Position numbers and translations under genes: made by a program. The notes beneath the pieces are model-generated. The model was not told the origin of the DNA. It worked only from the letters and a program-made list of their open reading frames with translations, and did no database searches. Source: Basidiobolus meristosporus CBS 931.73 (lineage: Eukaryota; Fungi; Basidiobolomycota). From it: DNA of 64,000 nt. Location: the NCBI GenBank assembly GCA_002104905.1, contig MCFE01000080.1:62001-126000 (forward strand), given 5' to 3'. Shown piece after piece: positions 47,998 through 58,680 of this stretch (the stretch's first letter is position 1; every line of letters starts with the position of its first letter).

Positions 47998-48857
47998 AAT
48001 ATGTGGTGGTGTAGAGGTACTCCTGGGAGAAGCTACACAACTCAAGGTGTGTGAGGTGTCTGATGGGTGCAATAACCTCTGTGTCTAAACTGCTGGTGTC
48101 TATGTCAATATGTCACTATGGTAAAAGCTCCTGCTTCTTTAGCTTCTTAGGTGCTCCAAGTGTCTCCAAAGGCCTCTGTGTGTCTTGTGCACTACCCTGA
48201 AAAGCTCCTTGATGGCAGGTCTTAGATGTACTGTTGAAGGCAGGTGCAGTGATCAACTGCTAATCAATAAGGTAGAAGTGTTACTGATAGAAGGGATGAT
48301 TTATTGATGAGGGATTGCTTTCCCTTAAATACTTTTCCTGATTGCCAAGTGATTACTAATGACAAGGTTCTAGAAGATTCTAGGTATCAGTGGAATTCTT
48401 GATGACATCACTATGAGCTAAAAATATGCCAAGAATGTCCTGGAAGATTCTAAAAGGCACAGCACTCTCAACCAATCAGGAATCAGTAGTCTGAAACCTG
48501 TGCAACATAGAAATACCATATATGGTATTGAAATGGTAGAGATGGTAACACAGACCTAGGTCATGTGTCACGGGTACTGACGTGAGTACTTGCCTTATAT
48601 AGATACATCTACTGATCACAAAGCCGAATAACATCTGGGATAACTAATGCTAATAACTAATCAGGGTAAACATCATATGGGGATAATACTGATAATATGG
48701 GCAAAAGAAGAATGGGATAATACTGATAAGATAAAATATGGATAAGTATATCATAATGACTATATGAATAAACTTGTCTGTGGGAGGTATGTTTACCCTA
48801 CCACATCGGGCCAAATTGATTCAAACCGCCTTAATACAATCATCCACCAATTTTAAT

Positions 48858-49742
48858 ATGACTTACTCATCTGAATGGTCTTTTCTCATCAATCCCATCA
48901 CTACCACTGGATTTCCTTTTGACACACTAGAGGAGATCTATTCCAAGTACTGTGGACCATCAACCCCAATCTACTCAAGGAGATCCCTTGTCAAGCTTCT
49001 CTACTATTACAATTACTATTGCCCTACCAGGTTTCATCCCACCATCCATGGCAACAAAAGTCCTAGAAGCTTTCATTCCCAGCTGACAGCAATGGAGAAT
49101 CACCTTGCAGAGGGTATGAATGACTTAGAGCAAGCTTGGAATACTAGGTTCAGAAGCTCCAATAGACTTCCATATCCCAGAGTGTTCAGCAACAGGTTCC
49201 ATATCAGGAGTATTTTAGATACCTTCCCAGTGAGGATAAACAGACCTTCTAGAGGGCAGAGGCACTTTTATTCTGGCAGGTACAAGGCACACTGTGTGAA
49301 GTTTCAAGCACTGTCTGACATTGAGGGTAACATCATCTGGTTTAGTGGGCCATTTGCTGGAAGTAGGCATGACAAAGTACTCTGGGTAGAGAATCATCCT
49401 GAATTCAGCAGAGGGGAGAAATGTATGGCAGACTTAGCTTATATAGGAGAGGATTGTCAGAGATTAGGATGTATTACAGCTTATAGGAATCCAAGGAATG
49501 GTGTACTTAGCAGGAATCAGAAGCTCTACAATGAGATATTTAATCATTTCAGAGTAAGGGTAGAGCACACATTTGGATATCTGAAGAGATTCAGCATATT
49601 GGCAGGTAAATACAGAGGAAAGTCATATATAGGAGAAAACAGCAGAATAGGTAAAATAGTTAAGATACTTATTAATGCACAGTATGTTCATACAAGAAGA
49701 CATCCACTGAGAGAAATGTGTCTGGAGCATTATGAAGAGTAA
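48858..49742 (+). CDS. PHIS/IS5-like DDE transposase (DDE_Tnp_4 type), intact
   Basis: ILDTFPVRINRP, YSGRYKAHCVKFQ, GSRHD, MADLAYIG, RVRVEHTFGYLKRF; first ATG outside the LTR is at 48858. Confidence 0.9.
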   Translation: MTYSSEWSFLINPITTTGFPFDTLEEIYSKYCGPSTPIYSRRSLVKLLYYYNYYCPTRFHPTIHGNKSPRSFHSQLTAMENHLAEGMNDLEQAWNTRFRSSNRLPYPRVFSNRFHIRSILDTFPVRINRPSRGQRHFYSGRYKAHCVKFQALSDIEGNIIWFSGPFAGSRHDKVLWVENHPEFSRGEKCMADLAYIGEDCQRLGCITAYRNPRNGVLSRNQKLYNEIFNHFRVRVEHTFGYLKRFSILAGKYRGKSYIGENSRIGKIVKILINAQYVHTRRHPLREMCLEHYEE

Positions 49743-49908
49743 ATAAAGCAAGGAAAGCACTATTCTGAGCAACATAAGTAAGATTGAGTAAAATTACCAG
49801 TAGTTGTGTCATACCACAGGCATCATGGTAGAAATTATAGTGCCAGATTGATCTGGCACCATAAACAGGCTGGCACTATGTGGCACTATCCAACGGAACA
49901 AGTCTAAT

Positions 49909-51077
49909 ATCTTAAGAATAGCAGAAACTACCAAAGGCAGAAGAACAAGGGTGCCATGGCTAAAAACCAGCAGCTTCCTCAAGAGCCTGTTACAAGCAGG
50001 GCCAAAAGCTCCAGACAAGCGTCAAAGAGACATCAGGCAGCTGGAAGAGTGCCAATTAAGGACAAGCAGGCAGACATGGATGCACCATCACAACATTTAT
50101 CAAGGAAAAAGTGTAGTACCACTCAAGAAGTACACAGTTAAAGTAGCAGTGAAGGACCTGGCAGTGATAAAAACCAGCCGCTTTTACAGGAGCCTGTCAC
50201 AACTACAGTTGAGAGCTCAAAACAAGCTGAAAAGAAATGTCAGGTTGCCAGAAGAGTGCCAGCAAGGGACAAGCAGGCCAAAACAGATGCGTCAGAGCAG
50301 AATTTATCCAGGAGAAAATGTAGATCTTTACAAGAAGCACTCAGACAAAGTAGCAGTGCAAGACCTGGCAGCAATAAAGGAAAAGGTAAAGGGAAAAGTG
50401 TCTACCTAAGCCTGAGACAGGGAGGCATGCAAAAAAAACTGCAGTTCTTGCCAATTAATGCCGCAAGCCAGGAACAGACTGAATTGCATCATAGCCAAGA
50501 AGAATTACCAACCAGAAAACAGCTGTTTTCACAAGAGTTGGAAGTGCAACCAGTTGAGCTACACTCCAGCAAGGTAGATGAGTTTGCAGAAAAAGGCAAT
50601 TTGTCTACCATAGCCTCCAAATCCTCCATTGTTGGCAGAGTGGAGATCCCACTGACAGACAAGGCTACAATGTCAAGAGCTCAAAAGACTATCACAATGC
50701 CTTCAGTGTGGTTTTGGAACATTAATAGGCACACCAAGAGGCTGCAGCACTTCTTCAAGAGCAGTGCTCAAGAAAATGCACTGGAATATTGCAAAAATTT
50801 ATTGCAAAGACTGGCAGTTGAGGAGCTAGACCTTGCAGTGCTGGCTGAAGACCAGGACATGTGGGAACCAGTGAATGAACAGTGGCATAAAGCCGTTGGG
50901 TTCCCTCCAAAGTTGTGGAACCAGAGCGTTACAGCAGAAATACTTATTGAGTGGTGGATTTTAATGAAGTTACTTGTTGAGTGTGGGGTTGAGCTTAATG
51001 TTAGTGTAAGGTATAGAGAATTGTATAGGTCAATACAATTGGCAATTGAGGTACAACTGAAGTTTCAACGGAAATAA
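49909..51077 (+). pseudogene. C-terminal part of CACTA copy 3 ORF2, containing a 207-bp tandem duplication
   Basis: Resumes the frame broken by the PHIS insertion (..LRK|YLKNSRNYQRQ..); ORF 50256-51077 is open for 273 aa. Confidence 0.75.
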
Positions 51078-51409
51078 ATCAATTCATATGCATCAAAAGT
51101 AAGAGAAACGGTTGAGTCAGGAAGTAAGGAGTGTGAAAAAGAGGCAATAGCCAATCAATTCACACAAATGTAGGAGGCAATAGAGTGTCTGGGATCAGGA
51201 AGTGAGCAAATTGGCAGGGAACAAATTAAAAGCCACTTATACATTGTTGTGATGAAAAATTTTGACAAAGTTTTTTGTGAAATCTGGGGTGCAATTATTT
51301 TTCAACGGTCTCTGGATGGTGTCCTGACAAGATCAGTACCTCTCAGTCATGGGACATTAACTTTGGCAACAGCCTTTTGATGTGATTATCTCAATAATTT
51401 TTCATAGGG

Positions 51410-51454
51410 CTTGAGTTGTGTAGCTTCTCCCAGGAGTACCTCTACACCACCACA
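51410..51454 (+). repeat. Right end of the split family B LTR
   Basis: CTTGAGTTGTGTAGCTTCTCCCAGGAGTACCTCTACACCACCACA equals the family B 3' end; followed by TSD CTGG. Confidence 0.9.
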
Positions 51455-52214
51455 CTGGTACTGATATTAGTGGAAATGTACCACTTCTCTAGCCACATCA
51501 TTTTATCATTCAACAGTAGATGGATTACTGGGCTCACTTGGCTCCATAATGTATCCTTGGCATTTGTTTCAACATGGTTTGTCTCATTGCATATTTGGAT
51601 TTGACCAGGTGCATGAGTGGTACTGATGTTAGGGGAGATAGGCTTGCAATCCATCAGTGAGCCTTCTTTGTCAGAGCTTTCACTCTGTGTGCCATATTCA
51701 GAAGGCTGAGGTCAGCCTAAAGGCATCACAAACTCACCTGACTCAGCTTGCGCAAGGTGACAAAGACAGCCAGGTGCTAATATAGAAGTATCAACTGGCC
51801 AGCAAGATAATGTTAGTATAGTAGTGACTATGAATGGTCGAATATGACTTGTGTGGCAAAGCACTAGCTGTGATCTTTGTAATACTTCCTATGCTGTCTG
51901 CATGCTTCATGGCTGAGAGGCTTGCTAAAATAGCCATATTGTCTTTTTTCTTTTCTCTTGTAGCATTTAAATATAAAGTAGTCTTGTCCATGGGGCAAAG
52001 AGTTTGACCTTCAACAACATAATGCTATTGTATCACTTTTTGGTCAAAACTCATGTGAACTTAAGACAGTATTGTATTTGCAACATTGCACCTATATGAA
52101 TGTAAGAATCAATGACAACTCACCATAGTAAGCATTATGAATAAAAATTGTGGCCCCACATATGCATGTGTACATAACACTATTTCCCCTTTGGTTTGAC
52201 TCACTTCCATATAT

Positions 52215-54790
52215 ATGCCGCCAAAAAATAAAGCAAAGTCATCTGGTTCCTAACCAAACCCCACCACTGGTGGCAGCAGAAGTAAGGATGGACAACAGCT
52301 TGCTTTGACATTCAGTGCAACAAGCAATGCTACATCCAAAAAAGGCCATGTTAACAGTGTGCCCATTGAAGGTGATAATGAGGACTCCTCACACTCTCTG
52401 TCAAGTAGGCATTTGGGAAGCTCTGCAAAGCCACAAGCTGACTGTTATGCTTAGGCAGATGAGAATATAGCACATACAGTACCCTCAGTTGAAGACCAGC
52501 TAGTAGACATCATAACATCACCACAACCCATATTAGCAGGTATGTAGTCAGCTCATACCAATGCATTAATGAAGCAACTAAGTGCAGTGGCTGATAGCAT
52601 AGATGCAATGACCCAGAGAAATCAGAAAACAGTCCAGAAAGAAGATGAGCAGATAATACATGTAGAGCAATGAATATCCCCGGTAGAGAAAGCAGTATCT
52701 TTGCTGCAAAGAAGGAACTCAAGTGGCTCAATATCACAGCCAAGAATTGAGCCATTTCCCAATGTAACAGCTGAGGAACACCATACAGTCTTTGAATCAC
52801 AACAACAGTGCCCAAAGATAAAGCCCAGATATTAACCTATCACAGTGTTTGAGGGAGACAATGTGGTGTTTATACTAAAATCTAAAAATCAAAACACATT
52901 GAAGATCTGTGAAGTTGTTGAGTGCAAAGATGAAGAGTGGGCTAATATTCAAGAGGCTGTCAGAAGTTTAGCATGCCATCACCTTAAGGCCAGCATACCA
53001 TGGGACCATCAGGAACTCAAGGCCAAGTGGAATACACTTGACTTGTGCCATGAGCAGTATGCTGGGCTTTAACAGGCAAATGAATTTTGGGCCAGCATTG
53101 GTAAGCTAAGAAAGTATCTTAAAAATAGCAGAAACTATCTGTTATGAATAGACACAAGGCAGGAGAGTAGGGCTAGGCAAGGCAGGACCAGGAAAGGACT
53201 TAGGTGTGGATTAACAAGGCAAGGCGGATTTCCAAGGCAAGGCTGTTTATTCAAGACCTGTGTTTATCAGACTGAGGAATACTTAAGGGGGGATAGGACT
53301 ATATATACTTTTTGCCTATACTGATGCCAAGAGATATTAGCTAATACTAATGGGGTTGTGGGATGAGGCACAGCAATGGTGCTGGGGATATTGACATAGA
53401 TGACACGGCACTGAGACAGGATGGGGAAATGGATTGGGTCACCTGATCATGTGACTAAGGCATGTGACCTGTTATTTCCATATATGGTACTGGACTATGA
53501 AAAATACACTGGAAAGCTTCCATGGAATGTTCCATTGTGTAACAATGGTTTGGATGGTCAGGAACTTTCTGGAAGGTGGTAGAAGGTTCCAGAAGGAATC
53601 TCTTAGAAATTGAGCTAGGAAGCTGAAACTTGGCATGGGTGTTCATGGTTGTCATGTGATCATGACACTATCAAAGGCAGAAGAACAAGGGTGCCATGGC
53701 TAAAAACCAATGGCTTCCTCAAGAGCCTGTTACAATCAGGGCCAAAAGCTCCAGACAAGCATCAACAAGACATCAGGTAGCTGGAAGAGTGCTAATTAGG
53801 GTCAAGCAGGCTGACACAGATGCACCAGCACTACTTTTATCAAGGAAAAAGCCTAGTACCACTCAAGAAGCACTTAGTCAAAGTAGCAGTGAAGGACCTG
53901 GCAGTGATAAAAACTAGTGGCTTTGACAGGAGCCGGTCACAACTATGGTTGAGAGCTTGAAACAAGCTGAAAAAAAATCAGGTTGCCATGAGAGTGCCAC
54001 CAAGGGACAAGCAGGCCAAAACTGATGCGTCAGAGCAAAATTTATCAAGGAGAAAACATAGTTCATCACAAGAAGCACTCAGACAAAGTAGTAGTCAAAG
54101 ACCTGGCAGTGATACAGGAAAAGGTAAAGGTAAGAATGTCTAACCAAGCCTGAGACAGGGAGGCATGCAAACAAAACTGCAGTTAATGCTGCAAGCCTGG
54201 AGCAGACTGAATCCCATCATAGCCAAGAAGAATTGCCAACAAGAAAACAGCTGATTTTGCAGGAGTTGGAAGCTCAGGCAGCTGAGCTACACTCCAGCAA
54301 GGTAGATGAGTTTGCAGAAAAAGGCAACTTGCCTACCACAGCCTCCAAATCCTCCATTGTTGACAAAGTGGACATCCCACTGACAGACAAGGCTACAATG
54401 TCAAGAACTTGAAAGACTATCACGATGCCATTGGTGGGATTTTGGAACATTAATAGGCACACCAAGAGGTTGCAGCACTTCTTCAAGAGTAGTGCTCAAG
54501 AATACGTACTTGAATATTGCAAGGATTTATTGCAAAGACTGGCAGATGAGGTGCTAGACCTTGCAGTGCTGGCTGAAGACCAGGATGTGTGGGAACCAGT
54601 GAATGAACAGTGGCATAAGGATGCTAGGTTCCTGCCAAAGTTGTGAAACCAGCACATTACAGCAGAAACACTTATCAAGTGGTGGATTTTACTGGTGTTA
54701 CTTATCAAGTGTGGGGTTGGGTTTAATGTCAGTGTAGGGTATTGGGACTTGTATAGGTCAATACAATTGGCAATTGAGTTACAACTGAAG
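52215..54790 (+). pseudogene. CACTA copy 2 ORF2, disrupted by stops and a solo LTR
   Basis: ATGCCGCCAAAAAATAAAGC start; colinear with the other ORF2 copies. Confidence 0.75.
53140..53667 (-). repeat. Solo LTR of the Gypsy-1 family (A)
   Basis: Reverse complement of 14624-15142; perfect 5-bp TSD CTATC (53135-53139, 53668-53672). Confidence 0.95.
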
Positions 54791-55136
54791 TTTCAACAGA
54801 AATAAGTCAACTTGTACACATGAAAAATAAGAGAAATGGTTGAGTCAGGAAGTAAGGAGTGTGAGAAAGAGGCAATAGCCAATCAATGCACACAAGGGTA
54901 GGAGGTGATACAGTGTCTGGGATCAAAAAGTGAGCAAATTGACTGGGAAGCAATCAAAAGTCATTTATATATTGTTGTGATGAAAACTTTTGACTAAGTT
55001 TTTTGTGAAATCTGGGGTGCAATTATTTTTCAATGGCCTGTGGAAAGTGTCCTGACAAGATCAGTACCTCTTAGTCACAGGACTTTAACTTTGCAATGGC
55101 CTTTTGGCAGGATCATTTCAATAATTTTTGATAGGG

Positions 55137-55778
55137 AAGGTATCTGGCAACTTTGCAAGTATTGCACTGAAAAGCTCAAAGCCAAGGTGATAGAAGTATG
55201 TCAATTGTAGCAGGTGTGCATGTATGTAGAGGTTAGTAAGGAGGAGGCCATAGTTTTTTTTGATTCAAACTATATGTGCAATACCCAAAGAAGTAGTGGG
55301 CAAGCAAATAAGGAGGGGTGATTCAAAGGCAGTGATTTGAATGGTGCAAGGGGAGGTAGGAAAAGGATATACTATTTGGTAAGCTTGTATAGTAGCATTG
55401 TATAAAACCAGCTGTGAGCTGATACACTACCATTGTAATGCTGGCAGAGGTCTGCAATGCGGCTGTCAGAGCACTGTCAAGTTTCTTGCCATTCAAGGCA
55501 ATTGGATGTATTGGCTAGTTGGGTCCACTCAATCAAATGTAGAGTGCACTAAGACTGTCAGGATACCATGCAATTCTTACCAAAAGACTGCCAAAGCACT
55601 TTCAAGTTTTTAATCTTATTTGGCAGTAAAGTCAGCAAAATACCATCATAATCCCATCAAAAGATGGTGTAGAGGATCAATAATTCTAAGGTACCAGCAT
55701 TGTGATGGCCTCATTGCAGGATCCTGATGATCAATCTGGGTTGGATTTACCTCCAAGACCAAATTATTTTTCATAGGG
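55137..55778 (+). mobile_element. CACTA fragment carrying the transposase-side terminus
   Basis: Colinear with 26370-27012; ends TTATTTTTCATAGGG. Confidence 0.75.
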
Positions 55779-55799
55779 TGACAGTATTTTAACAGTATT

Positions 55800-58330
55800 G
55801 ATGCAGACATTTATAGGCATTTAAATGGCAGTATAGTGACCTACAGCTGGTACTCTATAAGGCAACAGTATCAATTTACCAAATAGTATTTCCTTTTGCT
55901 ACCCTCCCCCTTGCCCCATTTATATAAATGCATTGTAAAGTCTCCCCAATTTATTTGCTTACCCACTCTCACTGTGGGTATTTCACATATAGTTTGAATT
56001 CAGAAATGCTGTAAGAGTCTTCAAGATATTGGAAGTGATTGGGAGGACAAGTAGATTACGTGGTCTTCACTTAATAATTTATTGAATGTAAAAGTAGTAT
56101 TTATACTTTTACATGGTCTTGGCATAGCAAACACATGGAATAGACTAAGGAAGGTCCCAAGAACATGTGTGCAAAGTTTGGGGCTGTTTTGACTACTTTG
56201 AGAATTTTCATGTTCTGGGTACCTGGTATTTTGGTGAAAATATTCCAAGTAAATCCCAACAATGAATTTGGTCAGTACTCTCTAGGATTTGAAGGTAACA
56301 ATCTAAGTGACTAAGCTAGGTGAATATTTAGGTGGAATTACAAATCTTTACAACAAGAAAAACTATGGCCTCCTGTTTACTAACCTCTGCATATGTGCAT
56401 ACCCACTGCAATTGACACATTTCTATCACTACAACTTTACAGCTTTTCAGTATGATACTTGCAAGGCTTCCTTATACCTTGCATTGCTTGTAGCATATAC
56501 ATCTAGCAAACATATGCTAGGTTGTTGCTACTTTTACCATGAATACCTTTAAAATATCTTCAAAGAACCTTTTGGTACTTGGCCAATATATTCCTTTTCC
56601 CTGCTGAAAACTAGTCTGCCTTATAGGTATTGTCTAGTTCTTGTTTTTATGAATGTTGTAATGAAAGGTGTAGAAATTGGCTTGTACCTAGGAGAAACCT
56701 GACATACTTTGGTAATGTTGTCCTACTATGAAAATTACTTGTTGCATCAAGCCTATTGCATTACTTAAGTGATTACCTATGCATTGGGGCTACTTTGCTA
56801 CTTGACACCAAAGGCATAGGTGTCTTCATGTGCACATCTGTCCTCAGTATTTTCCTACTTTTCCTGGCTGTCCCTCATATGCCAACTCATCACATCCATG
56901 ATGGACTTGAAAGTACTACTCTTGATGAGATTAGGATATGAAAATACTTTCAACTTGACTTGTCTTCCTATCTCCCCTCACATCAGCTCCATAGGAAATT
57001 CCCAAAAGGTGAGCACAGTCTAATATTCTCCACACACCAGCAAGATGAGGCAGCAAATGGATGCATTAGAGCCAGAGATCTATGCATTCAGCTTTATGCT
57101 TGCATTATTACCACTTAAATCCCATTACAAACTCCTTACATTCAAGCTGTAAATGCAACAGATTGGTATTGGTGATCCACATTTGTATGAATATTCCTAC
57201 AATGTCAACATGTGACTCCCAATGATTCCAATGTACTCTTGGCAGAAATGGCTTCAGAAGGCTGCTTGAATAAATACATATTTAGCTCATCCAGTCCTTG
57301 CACTTGTGTTGTTGCATATGGGTACAAATATTGATTGGAGCCTGTGAGAAGTACTTCTGCTAACAGATACTCTGTAATATCTTGCTAATTCTTCCAAACA
57401 TCTCTGGTGTCTTGAAGGGCTCAGTAAGGTTGAAATGACCCATGTACAACTTGGTCCTTAGCATAGGAATATTGTTGAAAAGCAAATTCATTGCTGCCAG
57501 TGGAAAGCTTTTGCTCCAACAGAAACCCTCTAGTATAACTATCTCCAGCTTACAACTAATTGCATATTGTGGTCAATGGTTAATAGCTTACCACCTTTCC
57601 GGCTATTGCATGCTGACTTCTGCACATTTACTCTTTATGAAAACTATGATCTTAGTGTTGGTGTTTGAATAATATCAATATATGTGAGTTATAGTATAAA
57701 TGCCCTGTATCTCACAAACTTGACAGTAATACTGTACATTGAATCCAGAAAAACTGGCTATGTTGCCAATGGCTGTGGTATCTCCAATGCAGATAATAAT
57801 ATGTGCTTTGACATAATGGTTATTTGCTATTATCTTACTTAATAGCATACAAAACTCATCCAGCAACAGATATAGCTATCTATCCAGGTTGGATGGTGAC
57901 TTAGGCTCAGATAACAGTGAAACCACCATCAGATTTCTGCCCTGATACCATAAGATTGATGACAGATTCAGGTTGATGAAAATTGAAGGCCATCAGGATT
58001 TACTGGCAGCATACTTGTTGTGTGAGAATCCATCAATTACCAAGGGAAAGGCATGGCTATTTATACCTTCCAAGTAGCCCTTATATCTTAGTTGTTTGCA
58101 ATGTTTGCCAGCAAGTATAATGGAGATGTTGCACCTGATTGAAACTGAGTGTGGTAATTTTTAACCACATTGTCTTTTTTCTCTGCTCTTATGGCATTGA
58201 ATCAAAGTAGTCCTGCCCATGGGGCAAGCTGCTTGACACTCAGCAATGTAATTGTATTATATCACTCTTCTGTCAATAATCATGTGTATTCAGGACAGTG
58301 TTGTATTTAAGACATTGCACCTACATGAAT
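55800..58330 (-). pseudogene. Heavily decayed CACTA transposase copy
   Basis: Colinear with 31100-33800; internal deletion near 58150. Confidence 0.75.
56007..56355 (-). repeat. Solo LTR, family E (Copia-like end motif)
   Basis: TG..CA ends; perfect 5-bp TSD AGAAA (56002-56006, 56356-56360); the flanks rejoin the CACTA consensus. Confidence 0.88.
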
Positions 58331-58332
58331 AT

Positions 58333-58680
58333 TGATGTAAAAATTTGTATTTCCACCTACAAACTCATCTAATTTAGTCACTTGGATCATTACCTACCAG
58401 TCTTAGAGAAAACTGACCAAATTCCTTGTTGGAATTTGCTTGTAATATTTTCACCAATACATCAGGTACCCAGAACATGAGAATTCTCAGAGTTGTCCAA
58501 ACAGCCACAAAGCTTACACACATGCTCTTAGGACCTTCCTGAGCCTACTTCACATGTTTGTTATGCCAAGACTATGTAAAAGTGTAAATGCTACTTTTAC
58601 ATTGATAAATCATCAAGTGAAAACTGCATAGTCTACTTATTCTCCCAATCACTTCTAACATCTCCTGGACTCTTGCAACA
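58333..58680 (+). repeat. Second family E LTR copy
   Basis: Diverged inverted homolog of 56007-56355 (TGATGTAAA...CTTGCAACA); no TSD found. Confidence 0.8.

Larger units (their letters stand above)
45189..48805 (-). mobile_element. Gypsy-3: non-autonomous Gag-protease-only LTR retroelement, very recent
   Basis: 804-bp LTRs 45189-45992 and 48002-48805 with one mismatch found by eye; 4-bp TSD TCGG; PBS at 47981-47997; purine tract GTGGGGGGTGGA; 2.0-kb interior with one ORF. Confidence 0.93.
42887..49905. mobile_element. PHIS-superfamily DNA transposon (~3.4 kb without Gypsy-3) with two divergent ORFs
   Basis: TIR AGACTTGTTCC(A/G)TTG at both ends; flanks AGT/AAT (empty site GAAAGTATCTTAA at ~53111); subterminal GGCAC(A/T)AT repeats. 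Confidence 0.9.
31080..51409. mobile_element. CACTA copy 3, inserted within the family B LTR and carrying further nested elements
   Basis: Transposase on the minus strand at ~31120-34658; ORF2 pieces at 34881-35444, 42551-42886 and 49909-51077; intact terminus TTTTTCATAGGG at 51409; the transposase-side terminus is deleted. Confidence 0.85.
28110..55136. mobile_element. CACTA copy 2, split by a 21-kb nested insertion (own sequence ~28110-30435 plus 51455-55136)
   Basis: Minus-strand transposase breaks at AAGCCC-CTGG (30435) and resumes at CTGG-TACTGATATTAG (51455); ORF2 starts at 52215; terminus ...GATAGGG at 55136. Confidence 0.8.

Noticed and set aside
45184-48809. 5-bp TSD reading (ATCGG, and ACCGT at 17309) for the B/C LTR lineage
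   Set aside because: It would remove the terminal A of the canonical ..CA end, and it fails at the third site (CCTGG versus ACTGG).
48774-48857. N-terminal extension of the 322-aa transposase ORF
   Set aside because: The listed start lies inside the Gypsy-3 LTR; the first ATG in element sequence is at 48858.
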